From Epithemia pelagica (lineage: Eukaryota; Protista; Bacillariophyta): DNA of 64,000 bases. How positions within the stretch are numbered: position 1 is the first letter of the stretch; every line of letters starts with the position of its first letter. This document shows, one piece after another, positions 47,235 to 58,700 of the stretch. Position numbers and translations under genes: made by a program. The stretch is taken from NCBI GenBank assembly GCA_946965045.2, contig OX337233.1, positions 1,550,001-1,614,000 of the forward strand, read 5' to 3'. The notes beneath the pieces were generated by a model. It had not been told where the DNA came from, searched no databases, and saw nothing but the letters and a program-made list of their open reading frames with translations.

Positions 47235-49364
47235 TTGGATACGAGGATGGTTGTCACTCAAGCAAGAAATAGAGATTGGGTCGATTTCCAGCATGGAGCG
47301 AACACGTTCTCGTCGGAAAGCGACAAGAGTACAATGAACTCATCAAGAAGTAGAAAGGCTCGCCGTGAGAACTCATCTTGGATGAATGAACCGATACGAG
47401 CAGATGAGAGTTGGATTCCCATGGAACTGCCGTTACAAGTGTCTGTCAACCCTGGTCTACATGGAGCTACTAGACCTGAAAGCCCTTCAACCCGACTCCA
47501 TGCACCATCTAGTAAGAGTCGAAAAGCCACGGGAGAATCATCGACGGTCCGAGCAACAAAGTCGAGACAGCCTCACACTGGAACACAAATCCTGTCAAAT
47601 GCTCACAGTAGAATCCGACCACCATCGCGAGAAAGGGCGGCACAGGACAGCTCAATCCGTCCCCTAAAAAATCGCGGACGGTCAAATAGTCGTACTCGCT
47701 CTGTTGCGGAGAAACGAGAACGGTCAGTCAGCCAAACGAGGTCAGTAGGAGGCGCTTCCCAATCTTCCCACAAGTCACGTACCGAGATGACTCGAAATCG
47801 AGGTAGATCTCGTCCACCAGTTACGGCAAGAAATGGTCGAGAAGCCGATGTTTCCTCCAGGGGACGTTCTCGGTCGGCTACTAGAGACGGGCGCCCAAGG
47901 ACAGCCAGATCTAGATCAGCGAGCTTAACGCGAGTGATTAATGCACCTCAAGCTCCACCGTCTCCCGCTGTGAGGAGCGTGAAAAGTGCCTCCCATACAA
48001 CAACAAAGCCACCAGCAGCTCCGTACGGCGGTCGTCCAAAGTCTGGATTTACCAACGCACGAGGTTCGCGATCTTTCTCCGATGAAAACGAGAACGACGT
48101 TAATATTGGACGAGACATATCATTCAAAAACACGAAGTCCAATGTTTCGGTGGCTTCAACGGGGAGTCGCAGAGGCAAAGCTTTGCCCAAGCACACAGGG
48201 GAACACGATAGTACCAAGAGAGAAGAGGCTAGCACCGGGAAGCAAATTCGTCCACGGGTGCTACTTGCCGCGACTGTCTACCACAATACAGCTACCGGTT
48301 TGTGGATAACAACCATCAACACAAACCAGAAGGGAGTCGCTCGAGATCCCAAACTGGCAAACAAGTACCTCAAAGCTTTTTCTTTCCCCTCTGAACAGGA
48401 AGCTCGCGAGTCAGCAATTGCTAATGCACCTCCAAAGATGGTTCCTTTTGCGGAATCGAACGAATGTTTCCTTTGTAAAAACACCTTTACGGTGTTCAAG
48501 CGTGCTTCTCACTGCAGAAATTGCGGCGTATGCATCTGTAAGGACTGTTCCATTCAGTGGCCTTCAAAAATGATTCCAGAGACGTACAATCTGAAGAGCG
48601 AAGCCACTGTCCGAGTGTGCCGAAGTTGCAACAGTGTAAGTCGAGCCTTCAGAAGAGCACTGGTGCAGGGGGACTACGAAGGTGCGGTCGCTTTGTATGG
48701 GACCGGCAATGTGAACCTTCGTTGTCCGTTTCCCGTTTCTGGGAAAAAAGATGAGATTATTTGGCCAGTTCACTGTGCCGTTGAAGGAGGTAACTTAGAC
48801 ATTCTTCGTTGGTTGGTTGACATGCGATTTTGCCCAATCACGACGATTCCGTCGGGTTCCAAGAAGCCTCGGCGAGGTACAAGAGAAAGTATGATTACGA
48901 CATCATCCGGACGCCACGTTTTGAGCATCGCAATCGAGAGATTGAAGGTCGATATAATGCACTATTTGGTTGTTGACAAAGGTGTCTCAATATATGAGGC
49001 AAATGATTTGGAACCATCCCTGCGTGCTTTGGAGGCAACTTTGATTGCTCTTCCGCGACCATCTGAACAGCAGAATGTCGGTGCCGAGGACGCTGAACCA
49101 AGATGGGACAATGGGAGCTTCGATGATATGTCAGTTCCAAGCACAATTGGAGTTGAAAGCGAGAAAAATACACAAGATGACAACGCTACTATTGGTAGCA
49201 AAACGAAGAATTCAGACTGCTGCATCATATGCTTTGAACGGAAAATTGATTGCGTTGCAACTCCATGCGGTCATCAGGTTTGCTGTTTGGAGTGTTCCGC
49301 AAATCTATCTTCTTGTCCTGTATGCAACCACTCTGGAGATTTCATCAAGATCTTTCGTCCATAA
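47235..49364 (+). CDS. FYVE-like zinc finger plus C-terminal RING protein (probable E3 ligase)
   Basis: CFLCKNTF...RASHCRNCG..IC..C...VCRSC; ankyrin-like PVHCAVEGGNLDILRWL; CIICFERKIDCVATPCGHQVCCLECS...CPVC. Confidence 0.85.
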   Translation: MDTRMVVTQARNRDWVDFQHGANTFSSESDKSTMNSSRSRKARRENSSWMNEPIRADESWIPMELPLQVSVNPGLHGATRPESPSTRLHAPSSKSRKATGESSTVRATKSRQPHTGTQILSNAHSRIRPPSRERAAQDSSIRPLKNRGRSNSRTRSVAEKRERSVSQTRSVGGASQSSHKSRTEMTRNRGRSRPPVTARNGREADVSSRGRSRSATRDGRPRTARSRSASLTRVINAPQAPPSPAVRSVKSASHTTTKPPAAPYGGRPKSGFTNARGSRSFSDENENDVNIGRDISFKNTKSNVSVASTGSRRGKALPKHTGEHDSTKREEASTGKQIRPRVLLAATVYHNTATGLWITTINTNQKGVARDPKLANKYLKAFSFPSEQEARESAIANAPPKMVPFAESNECFLCKNTFTVFKRASHCRNCGVCICKDCSIQWPSKMIPETYNLKSEATVRVCRSCNSVSRAFRRALVQGDYEGAVALYGTGNVNLRCPFPVSGKKDEIIWPVHCAVEGGNLDILRWLVDMRFCPITTIPSGSKKPRRGTRESMITTSSGRHVLSIAIERLKVDIMHYLVVDKGVSIYEANDLEPSLRALEATLIALPRPSEQQNVGAEDAEPRWDNGSFDDMSVPSTIGVESEKNTQDDNATIGSKTKNSDCCIICFERKIDCVATPCGHQVCCLECSANLSSCPVCNHSGDFIKIFRP

Positions 49365-49859
49365 CCATCAGTCCTGATCTAGCGATACGATTTAGTTGAA
49401 AAGTATATTTGTGAAAACCTGTTGCAGCATGACAAGTCTAAACAACACACATATTTTGAGTAGCCAGATCTAAGTTGGCTGGATGAGTAACAAATATAAT
49501 GCATATGTCTGTGCACGAGTCTCATGTTTCGTGGTTGATGCGTTCTAAAATAAGGTGAAGTTGCTTTTCCAAGTGAAAGGGCATGTAAGAGAAAGAAGTG
49601 AACATATTTTGACCAGAGCAGGCCTCTTTCCATTCTAAATGACTGTATACCATATTCGCCTCTAATGGGGTACCTCCGCAGCTCTTTGTAGCTCCAATCA
49701 CCCATTATATCTGTACACAGACAATCAACTAATCCATGAATTGATACGAAAAGGGACTCAAGTGTTCACATAATGGTAACTTAATACGAAGAATATTTGT
49801 AATACTGAGATTTGTCATCTAGGGTTGTGTTTAAGGAGGATTTGACTCCTTGACGACCT

Positions 49860-51341
49860 TCATGGAATGTCTGAACTGGAAACCGAACTTAGGTCTTCCG
49901 TTGGAATGGAGTCATCATTTCGCTGCTTACTTCCAGCGTTCGATTCAAGAGACGGTTCCGAAACCATCGATGGTACAGGTGCTCCAACATTTCCAGTCAT
50001 CCCCATCGGCCCCGTATTCACCAAAGGCGCGGGTGCCATCATTCCTTCATTGTTGACGGTTTGCGCGGTTGCACCTGTGCTTTGTCCATTCTCATCGAGC
50101 ATCAACATAGAGAAAAACTTGTCTTCCCACGAGTTCCTCAGAAGGACAGCCGAGGAACTAGATTCTACCGAGGCTCCACGAGGGATACTCGATAATCCAC
50201 GAGATATACCTGATATGCCGCGCAAAGAGTTGAGACGATCCACGGGTGCACGCATTGCCCCTGGGAGGCCTCCCATAGGAAGCTGTTTCTGCTTTGGGTG
50301 CGGTGGAAGAGTTGGTCCACCCGACATGGATGATCCATTCATGCTACCCCCAGAAGATGCCTGCACAATCGATTGCCTCTGGGGCTGCATGGGAAAATCC
50401 ATCGACGACTGTGTGGCAACATTTCCCATCCCCGTGTTCACTGCGTTGTTGGGAGGAACGCTAGTATGAACGTCCCAGCTCTTTTGACGTTGGCCATTAG
50501 CAGATGTGTTAACCGCCGTTGGCATATTCATAACGTTGTTGTTGTTGGCATTGGAGTTAACCGAACCGACACTAGCCGCGGCTTGAAGACGAAGCTGAGT
50601 CTGCTGCTGTTGCATAGCCATCATTACTTGTTCAATTCGCGCTAGCATGTCGAGTTCGAGCCGGCGGAATCGCTCCTCTGTCGACACTGTCATTTCTTGG
50701 ATCTTTGTCTCAAGATTAGTCACCTGTTCTCGAAGTGTTTGTATCTCTCGAGCTTGATCTTGTCCACTCGTCGCTCCACTTCCCCTGGTGGAGCGCTGAA
50801 TCTTTTTCAAGAGATCACACCTGCCTCGTTTGAAGTTCTCATTGAAGAATGTCACATGCTTTGCAGAAGACGCATCAAAGTCACTATTGCGAATGGGCTT
50901 GGACTGCATTTTTCGGAATCCGTAGAAATTCAGCTGACGAGCAAAAGATGAGAACTTGTTATGGTCAAAGTACTGCGGAATGACACGAGCCGCAAAAACA
51001 TCAGGGTCCTTCACGACGAACATATCTCCCTCCGCGGTCCACGAGGCAATAGACGGGTCACATGTGTCAATCATCTTGTATGTTTTCTTGAGAAAAATAG
51101 GGATCGTTGTGGCTCCTTTGCATTTTGAAGTTTGTACGACTTTCTCACCAACATCATCGGCTTCAGCGAGCGTTACAATTTCTTCCTCACCCAAGCCGCC
51201 TTGTCCGTCCAACGACACGGGTGGTATTATCGTAGAAGCATTGTTTGTTAGGGTAGAGACGTTGCCGCCAGAGCGCATTCGACGTCTCTTGGTCCCAACA
51301 GGTCCTGGGAAGTTAAACTTCGGTGGAGAAGTTGTTGTCAT
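49860..51341 (-). CDS. HSF: Heat shock transcription factor
   Basis: PIFLKKTYKMID...SWT..G..FVVKD...YFDHNKFSSFARQLNFYGFRK, followed by a coiled coil. Probable ATG at 51341. Confidence 0.92.
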   Translation of the reverse strand: MTTTSPPKFNFPGPVGTKRRRMRSGGNVSTLTNNASTIIPPVSLDGQGGLGEEEIVTLAEADDVGEKVVQTSKCKGATTIPIFLKKTYKMIDTCDPSIASWTAEGDMFVVKDPDVFAARVIPQYFDHNKFSSFARQLNFYGFRKMQSKPIRNSDFDASSAKHVTFFNENFKRGRCDLLKKIQRSTRGSGATSGQDQAREIQTLREQVTNLETKIQEMTVSTEERFRRLELDMLARIEQVMMAMQQQQTQLRLQAAASVGSVNSNANNNNVMNMPTAVNTSANGQRQKSWDVHTSVPPNNAVNTGMGNVATQSSMDFPMQPQRQSIVQASSGGSMNGSSMSGGPTLPPHPKQKQLPMGGLPGAMRAPVDRLNSLRGISGISRGLSSIPRGASVESSSSAVLLRNSWEDKFFSMLMLDENGQSTGATAQTVNNEGMMAPAPLVNTGPMGMTGNVGAPVPSMVSEPSLESNAGSKQRNDDSIPTEDLSSVSSSDIP

Positions 51342-51600
51342 GGTTGCTTGTTGTGTGTGCAGTTTTATGGGTGTGCAGGTATTCGCTGGGCCAACCTGGA
51401 ACAGCCAGGAACCCATCTATTAGGGTTAAACTCCCCCTTTTGGGTCTCGAACGGGGAAGGAACTCCTGAGACGCGGGACTCCACAAGATTCGACTCTGAA
51501 TCGTGGCAAAACGGATGTTTCTACTCGCCGCACATCAACCGTGGCGAGTGGCGGCTGTTGATCAAGAACACTACGAGAGGGGCAAAAGAGGCTCTGAAAT

Positions 51601-52954
51601 ATGGTCAACGACCCCCGTGTATCGTCATGCTTAGCTCGACTGGGAGGCGTCTATAATGATCCTGTTCGCGTTGACCGAGACGCAGCATCATTGCTCAAGT
51701 CGCCCGTGGGAACCAACTTGATACCCATTGTCGCTGAATTGTACGAAAGCCGCACGAGAGGCTCCACCGGAAATGCAGCAAATGTGCTTGTTCTACAGGG
51801 AACTATTGCAATTCATTTTAAAGGGCAAACCTATCAAATTTTAATGGACATATATCTACCCGCAGGTTTCGTAAGTACTCCAAACGCAGCTTCCGCTGTG
51901 TGCCATGGAACGCTCTTGGTCTTATTTGTTTTTATTTCTATTCTGATGACAGCCCAATCGTCCTCCAATCCCGTTTGTTCGATTGGCGCCTGATATGTAT
52001 CTGAAAAAGAACCATCGCCATGTGGGAAGTGACGGCAAAGTTTTTTTGCCCTATTTGAATCAATGGCGGTCCAACACTCACAATCTTGTGGAATTAGTAG
52101 TTGCCATGTCGAGTGTGTTCAGTGCAGACCCTCCTGTCTACACACGACGCCCAGGATCATCTGCTGATACTCCAGCTCCGTCCACGCCATCCAACACTGG
52201 CTTTGCTACCGAAGTGTTACGTCCAACGACGGATGCCGCGGCGGTAGCAGCCGGCGGAATGCTGTCTGACGAAGATGCTATTAAGGCTGTGCTGGCCCAG
52301 CAAGAGCGTGAACGCGCCGAAGCCGAAGCCCAGCAAAAAGCAGAAGAACAACGAAGGAAGGACGAGGAGCGACGTCGCTTGGAGCAAGAACGCGAAGAGC
52401 AACGTGCTGTGGAAGCTCAGGAGCAGTGGGAGCGTCAACGAACGGAACAAGCTCGCGCCAAGGTGACGGCAAAACTTCGTCAACACCTTCTAGAACGCGC
52501 TCGACAGACGCAACAAGTAGCCGGCGATTTGGAGCGTGATATGGCAAAGCTTAGAGTTGCATCGGAACAGAAAATTGAAGGTCCAATGGAGGCCATGAAA
52601 AAACAAAAGACCTTCTTGGAACAGCAGCTTGCAGTAGCCGAGGAAGCAAAAGTGGATGTCGAGGCTTGGATTGATCAGGCGCGCGAATCAAAGAGGCGCA
52701 ATGAGGAAAGCCAGCAAATGACAATTGATGACAAAGTTGTCCCTGATCGTCCACTTCATGCACAAATGATGGAATTGTCTGCTGAAAACGCAGCCATAAC
52801 TGATGCATTGTATTTTCTTGATCGTGCGATGCACCAGGGATACCTACCGTGTGAGGTGCATTTGAAGCAGATTCGACAATTGGCCAAGCGACAATTTCTG
52901 GTTCGTGCTCACTTGATCAAAATAAATCAAGTGCTTACTCTGTCGGCATCGTAA
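51601..52954 (+). CDS. VPS23: ESCRT-I subunit Vps23/TSG101, 2 exons (51601-51870, 51953-52954)
   Basis: UEV domain LQGTIAIHFKGQTY...YLPAGF/PNRPPIPFVR...GKVFLPYL..W; coiled coil; steadiness box DALYFLDRAM...HLKQIRQLAKRQF. Confidence 0.9.
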
Positions 52955-53323
52955 TTAGGACAACGATTCCAGCAACGTAGGCTAAAGTATAGTCCAGATT
53001 TCGTTGCTTCATAAATATGCTAGAAGGCTTGGAACCAGAGAACATCCATAAGGTCCACAGTGAAAGCCAAATGACTTTTTTGGATACCCATCAATGGGAG
53101 AGACGAAGCGTATGCGGCGATGAATAGGTTGGAGTACCATCAAACATCTGCGAATTGCATATTGCATGTGTCTTTCTGTAATAATCTGAAACCAAATACC
53201 CATTTCAGTTTGGATTTTGGGAATTTGTGGCATTAACTTTTCGATGGTCCATAAAACTAAAACTGCCGGGAATCAGATTGGATGTCGGATTGCGACCATT
53301 GCATTGGTTACACATAAAATTCT

Positions 53324-53444
53324 TACCCCCCAGCGGGGGTGAGTTTTTAGGCTGCTAGAGAGTCATTTTCTACGAGTACATTCCCTTACTCACCCCCAAG
53401 GCGCGATCCTCAAAATTGGCGATTTCCCGTTTTTGACCAAAACT
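53324..53444 (+). repeat. Left terminal inverted repeat
   Basis: First 28 bp match the right end exactly in inverse; similarity continues with gaps to CCCGTTTTTGAC. Confidence 0.9.
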
Positions 53445-53503
53445 CACATGCACCTCAACGCAACCACTACGAGCTCCATTTAGTAACGACGCAATCTTCT
53501 CCC

Positions 53504-55681
53504 ATGGACCCTGTCAATCCTCCCCGACATGCACAAGTGGTCTCTACTACCTCAAGGGACCCCCACGGCGTTGAAATAGAGCGCCCAGTCCTGCAGACGG
53601 CTTCGATCGCTCCATACCAATACAACCAACAACAACCGAACAACAACCAAATGGATGACCATCCTTCCGCAGCCCCGAATGCCTCTTTGCCGACCATCGA
53701 AGAGGTACACTCCGTACCTGACCCTTTGATTGAACATTCGGAAGACTCCCCTGATCTTGCAAGGTCCATCGAGGCATCATTCAAAGACTGGCATGGGAAG
53801 ACCGTTCGACCGTGGCAGATGCTGGCATGCCAACAAGTCCTCCGTCGTCACGTCGAACGCGTTCCCTCTCAACGTTTGCGTCCATTGCTCCTTGTTCGGT
53901 CCACCGGTGGGGGAAAGTCCGCCGTACGCGATGTATGTGGCTTCATATGCGGCGGCATCACGCTTACAATCGTGCCTCTGTTGAGTCTATCAGCAGATCA
54001 AACCTCGAAGTTAACAAATCTGTCTTCCAATCAAGGCCTGGGCAAGCGTCTTCGTGTCTTTAACTTGGATGTCATACGGTCCACCAACAACAACGACTTT
54101 CTTCGCCAACGGTTGGAGAGTTTGTCTCCAGAATCCAAAACAACAATCGCTCTGTTTTCTTCCCCCCAAAAGTTGACGCGAGACCCTCAGTGGTGCCAAA
54201 CCATTACCAAATGTTTCCAAAACGGAACCTTACGATTCATTGCTGTTGACGAGTGCCATCTTTATGCATGTCACGGCATGGAGTTTCGTCAGGAATTCAG
54301 TGACCTCAAGCAGGTTCTCTTTCAGTGTGCCAAGCGTTGGGCCACTACACCAATTCCCATTCTCTTCATGACAGCTACCGCCTCGCTGACAATGGTGTCT
54401 GACCTTGAAGCGTTAACAGGGTTGTCTTTCTGTCCCACAAACGATCTTGTTTGGCCCCATTGCCACTCAGGGGTAGAGCGTCGCAACATTTCTCTCAACA
54501 TTTGCTTTCAAGATACCCCACTTCGTCGCATAAAGAGGGATCTCGTAAAAATATCTCGTGCATCCGGTGGAAGGAAGATAATGATATATTCCAATTCACG
54601 GAAAGCCATTATCGACCTTCATCAAAAATGTCGACACCAGCTGAATGTACTGGGAATCCAAAAAGATCTCGTGTTGGTACATGGAAACATGTACAGGGAA
54701 CAAAAATTCCACAACACAAATCTTTTCGTGGGAAAGCCCCTTGTGGAAACCTGTCCGACCACCCGACGCCTTCTCCGCTTTGACCCGGTAGGATACTTTG
54801 CTACTGCTGGAACCACGAGCTCTGGTATTGATTGCCATGAAGTGGACGCAGTGATTTTCCATGGCTTCCCTCAGAGCCTGGAGGATCTGATTCAGTGTTC
54901 TGGACGATGCGGACGCAGCGTGACCGCAACCTTTAACACCTCCTCCTTCACCATGATCATATCACTCAACAGCCTTGTCGCGCTCATGACGAGGGTGTTT
55001 CTTATACCAAAATACGAAGCTGCCAAAAGAAAACAGGCGTCCGACAAACCTGCGGCATCCCAACAGTCAAGCAATCCTACCTCTACAATGAAATCTACTA
55101 CCATGTTGTCCATTGATGCGTTAGCAAAACGCCAATGGGACGCTATTCGAAAGGTTATAGCGCTTATTTGCTTGGACGACGGGCATTGCGTGCATTTTGC
55201 GTTGGAACAAATGATGTTGAATCCACATCGACAGACACAATGTGACATTCCTACGTCTTGTGGGGGCGCCTGTTGGAGGTGTGCCAAACCACGGATTACT
55301 ACGCCTCTTGATGCGGCAATCAACATAGAAAACTTCAAGGCATATCTCGTGAGATTGTTCATCACTGATAAGGTACCCTCTTCAAGGCTCTCTCTACACA
55401 AAGACTGCTTTCTTGACGAGCTCCTCTCCATCGAGACTCCAGGTCCTGGTGGTAAGCCAATCAAAGCTTTCCCGAAATCCGTTTTGGGTTTGACAACTAA
55501 CCGGTATGTTAGGCAAAGAACCAAAGCACTTATAATCAAGTGCTTTTGTGCCCAAATTCTGGAACCCGAGGTCGACGGTCTACATCTACTTGTAAAGCTT
55601 GGCTATATGGATAATGGGAACCCACGCCTTAATGATCCGGATTCATGGACAGGTTTCAAGAGCTTACCTACAAAGGAATAA
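53504..55681 (+). CDS. RecQ-like superfamily 2 helicase (transposon-encoded, 725 aa)
   Basis: PWQ, STGGGKS, VPLLSL..DQ, SPQKL, VDECH, MTATA, ATAGTTSSGID, QCSGRCGR, then an RQC-like Cys cluster. Confidence 0.92.
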   Translation: MDPVNPPRHAQVVSTTSRDPHGVEIERPVLQTASIAPYQYNQQQPNNNQMDDHPSAAPNASLPTIEEVHSVPDPLIEHSEDSPDLARSIEASFKDWHGKTVRPWQMLACQQVLRRHVERVPSQRLRPLLLVRSTGGGKSAVRDVCGFICGGITLTIVPLLSLSADQTSKLTNLSSNQGLGKRLRVFNLDVIRSTNNNDFLRQRLESLSPESKTTIALFSSPQKLTRDPQWCQTITKCFQNGTLRFIAVDECHLYACHGMEFRQEFSDLKQVLFQCAKRWATTPIPILFMTATASLTMVSDLEALTGLSFCPTNDLVWPHCHSGVERRNISLNICFQDTPLRRIKRDLVKISRASGGRKIMIYSNSRKAIIDLHQKCRHQLNVLGIQKDLVLVHGNMYREQKFHNTNLFVGKPLVETCPTTRRLLRFDPVGYFATAGTTSSGIDCHEVDAVIFHGFPQSLEDLIQCSGRCGRSVTATFNTSSFTMIISLNSLVALMTRVFLIPKYEAAKRKQASDKPAASQQSSNPTSTMKSTTMLSIDALAKRQWDAIRKVIALICLDDGHCVHFALEQMMLNPHRQTQCDIPTSCGGACWRCAKPRITTPLDAAINIENFKAYLVRLFITDKVPSSRLSLHKDCFLDELLSIETPGPGGKPIKAFPKSVLGLTTNRYVRQRTKALIIKCFCAQILEPEVDGLHLLVKLGYMDNGNPRLNDPDSWTGFKSLPTKE

Positions 55682-55734
55682 CCACACGCCACTCTACTGT
55701 CCAGTATCATTTTAACATGTAGTACCGTTAGTAA

Positions 55735-58700
55735 TTAAGTTCTCCAATTTCTTTTGTAATTTTCAAAGTACTTGCCCGCCCGGTCTAGAGGGTCTTCATC
55801 CATTATGTCGTCATCTTCCATACCTGTACTTTCCTCGTCCCACCCAAGTCGGGCAGAATTTTCTTCCATCTCGACGAGTCGATTATAAAGTTTGAAACGC
55901 AAGAAATGGTTTTCCCGCTCCTTACGTTCGGCATCTCGTTGTCTTGCATCCAATATATGCTTCTCTCCCATTTTCTGTAAGGCTACGGATACTATGTCCT
56001 TGCAAGCCAGATCATTCATCTCCCACACCTTCATTCCTTTCACATTCTTCTTGACGTTGAGGGTCTGATTAACTTCCGCTGGTTCCTTCGGGCTATCATT
56101 GGAAGGAGACTCTGTTGCCTCCGTATCACTGCTCTCTTCTTCAGCGTCATCCTCAATGCCTTGGTCATCGTCCACAACTTCATCAGCATCTTCCATTATC
56201 AATTCCTCTATTTGTGTTTCCGGAATCTCCTCATCGTCGTCTTTTTGGGTGCCGTTCCGAATCACGTCGACATCTTCATTCTCTTCCTCTTGGCGCGACA
56301 TATCAATGGACTCATCAAATGCCGAGTCTCCAATAGGCACTGTATCCAGGGCTTCCTCCTGATTCATGGCGAACCTTGAAGCTTCGTTCTCCACGTCTAC
56401 AACAGCCACCTCGTCGTCGCTGAAGTACGACATACCATCTGCTTCAGACCCACATTCGTCGTTGTATTCTTTCATCTCAGCTTCTAAATCAATCATCGTG
56501 CTTTCCTCGCCATCCTTGGTATTGTCATCGTTGGATTCTACGTCGCCATCATCGTCACTGTCATCCTCAGAGTTGGACTCGCTCCTTTCGTCCTTCTCTT
56601 CCGTGTCATCCTTTTTCTTTCGGGACGGACGCTTCCTCAAACCTTCCATCATCTTGTTAACCTGGATCATGACGTATTCGTCTGTCGCATCCGTTTCCAC
56701 CTTGCCATTATCAATCCTGCTTTTTTTCTTGTGTACTTCCAGGGTCGTTGACTCGATAGACTGCCAAAACCAATTCTTGTCAACAGGCGTCTCTTTGTCT
56801 GGTGCAATATCGTGGCATCCGGCCAGGGTGAGAATCTCCATTACAAGGACGCGGTTCATTAGATTTGACGGCTTGGTGGTGGCCTTGTGTCGTTGGCCAG
56901 GATCAACAAGCACCTTCGTGTCCTTATTTGGCGTTGTATCATTCATCATTTCTTTTTCCCGTTCTGCCAGCTCATATTCCGCGTCAGATCGAGTCCGTGT
57001 ATAGAATTCGAGAAAGTGCTTAGAGCGCTGACAAGCTGTCAACATCTTAGACACTTTAACGAACGCCATCTCAGTAGCATTGTGACTCATGCCCTTGAAA
57101 AAGGGCATGAGTCGCTCCATTATTTGGTCCAAGGCACTTTCCTTGTTTAGAACAGGACTCGGCATTTGCTTTTGACACTTTGTTCGGTTGAGGCGGATCT
57201 GCTGCAAGACGGAAATAGGAAGACGATGATAATACAGCTCTATCAAGCGTAGCTGTGTATTGAAGGACACACGTTTCTTAGTGATGTACCAATACGGAAG
57301 GTACTCCACGATGATAGATTCCATTATGATTGCGTCGCCTTGTTGTTCGGCCTCAAGGAAGGTAAGATACTTGCGCATGAGCACAAGGTAGTTGCACAAG
57401 AATCGCATTAACCAGTGTTTTGATTCTCTCACTTGTTGGTTCAGGTAGTTCACATATTCCTTTGAAATAAAGATGGCCAATTCGTTACCATCACCGAAAT
57501 GTAGGATTTCATCTACTTTGCTCAACGTTAAGACCTTGGCGACGTAGAAATCAAGCATCAACCTGTCGAGTTCCTCAAAAACAAGGACGGCCAAGCGATG
57601 GGCCAGACGGTATGTATGAGACACGTCATTGGCATCCAAACGCTTCCACTTGAGTCTCCATTGAAAGCATTGAAGAAATCCACCGTAGAATATTCTATAA
57701 ATGACGTCTAGCATGTGAAAGCGCACATGCAAGTCGCCATTGATAGGGACTATCCGGTGCATTACTTGGGTGATGTTGAGCGCTTGACGATAGGCCTGTC
57801 GAAACGACAATGTCTTGGCATCCAGAATACCAAGAATGTCGTCCATGAATTGGAATATCCTGTCCAACGACAACCCATCGCCAACAATAAAGAGCCATTT
57901 CTGATCCCATCCATCACGCGGTTCGTACATTGTAGTAGCATGGTTCCATTCGAGGAGGCCATACAACACCATAAAGTCTAGGACAATTCCTGACGCTCCT
58001 GTTTTGGTAGTCTCGTCTAAAACTGAGACAGGAAGTATCAATAATTCAGCCGCAGGGGGAGTGCTACGCCATGTCTGCACGACCTTCGGAGGAAACTGTT
58101 TCGCAATGGCAAAGATATTGCCTTGGCGGTTCTTCCTTAGCTTGTTCATACTGCGACAGACAGTTTGACGACAGGCATTACGGGCGAAAACAGTAGGCTG
58201 CAAAGTATAGTCAACATTGGAATCCAACCGTCGTCTTGTTGATAAATAACGCTTGATTGTTCCAAGTTCCCGACAGCAACTACGAATTTGTTGGTAGTAA
58301 CGTACCCTCTTGCCCGAACAGTCAAATGGATTGCCATGTTGTTGTGTATCACTGATGTACGTTCCGAAAAACATTGACTTTAGGACGTTGTACCAAGCGG
58401 TATCCGGTGATTGTTCAAAGGCCGGCATGTTGAAGGCAGCGGGTATTGATTGCTGAATGAATGTCATGGAGGGACGCTCCATGAAAGAATAAACCCATTG
58501 TGGGAACTTCGACAGATACATTGTCATCATGAATCTAGCGGTCACCCGTGTGAACGTAGAACTCTCACCATGCTGGAACTGTAGTCTTCTACCGTCTTGC
58601 AAGTTGTCAAAGACGCAAAGGAGACTTGTAACACGACGAATGGCCTTCTTCGTCCGATTTTCATACGTATCCAGCCAAGGTTGTATACGACGTTCCATAG

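Noticed and set aside
53009-53233. Minus-strand ORF as the 3' half of a gene split by the AcademH element
   Set aside because: Joining the empty site gives a stop about 12 codons after the junction.
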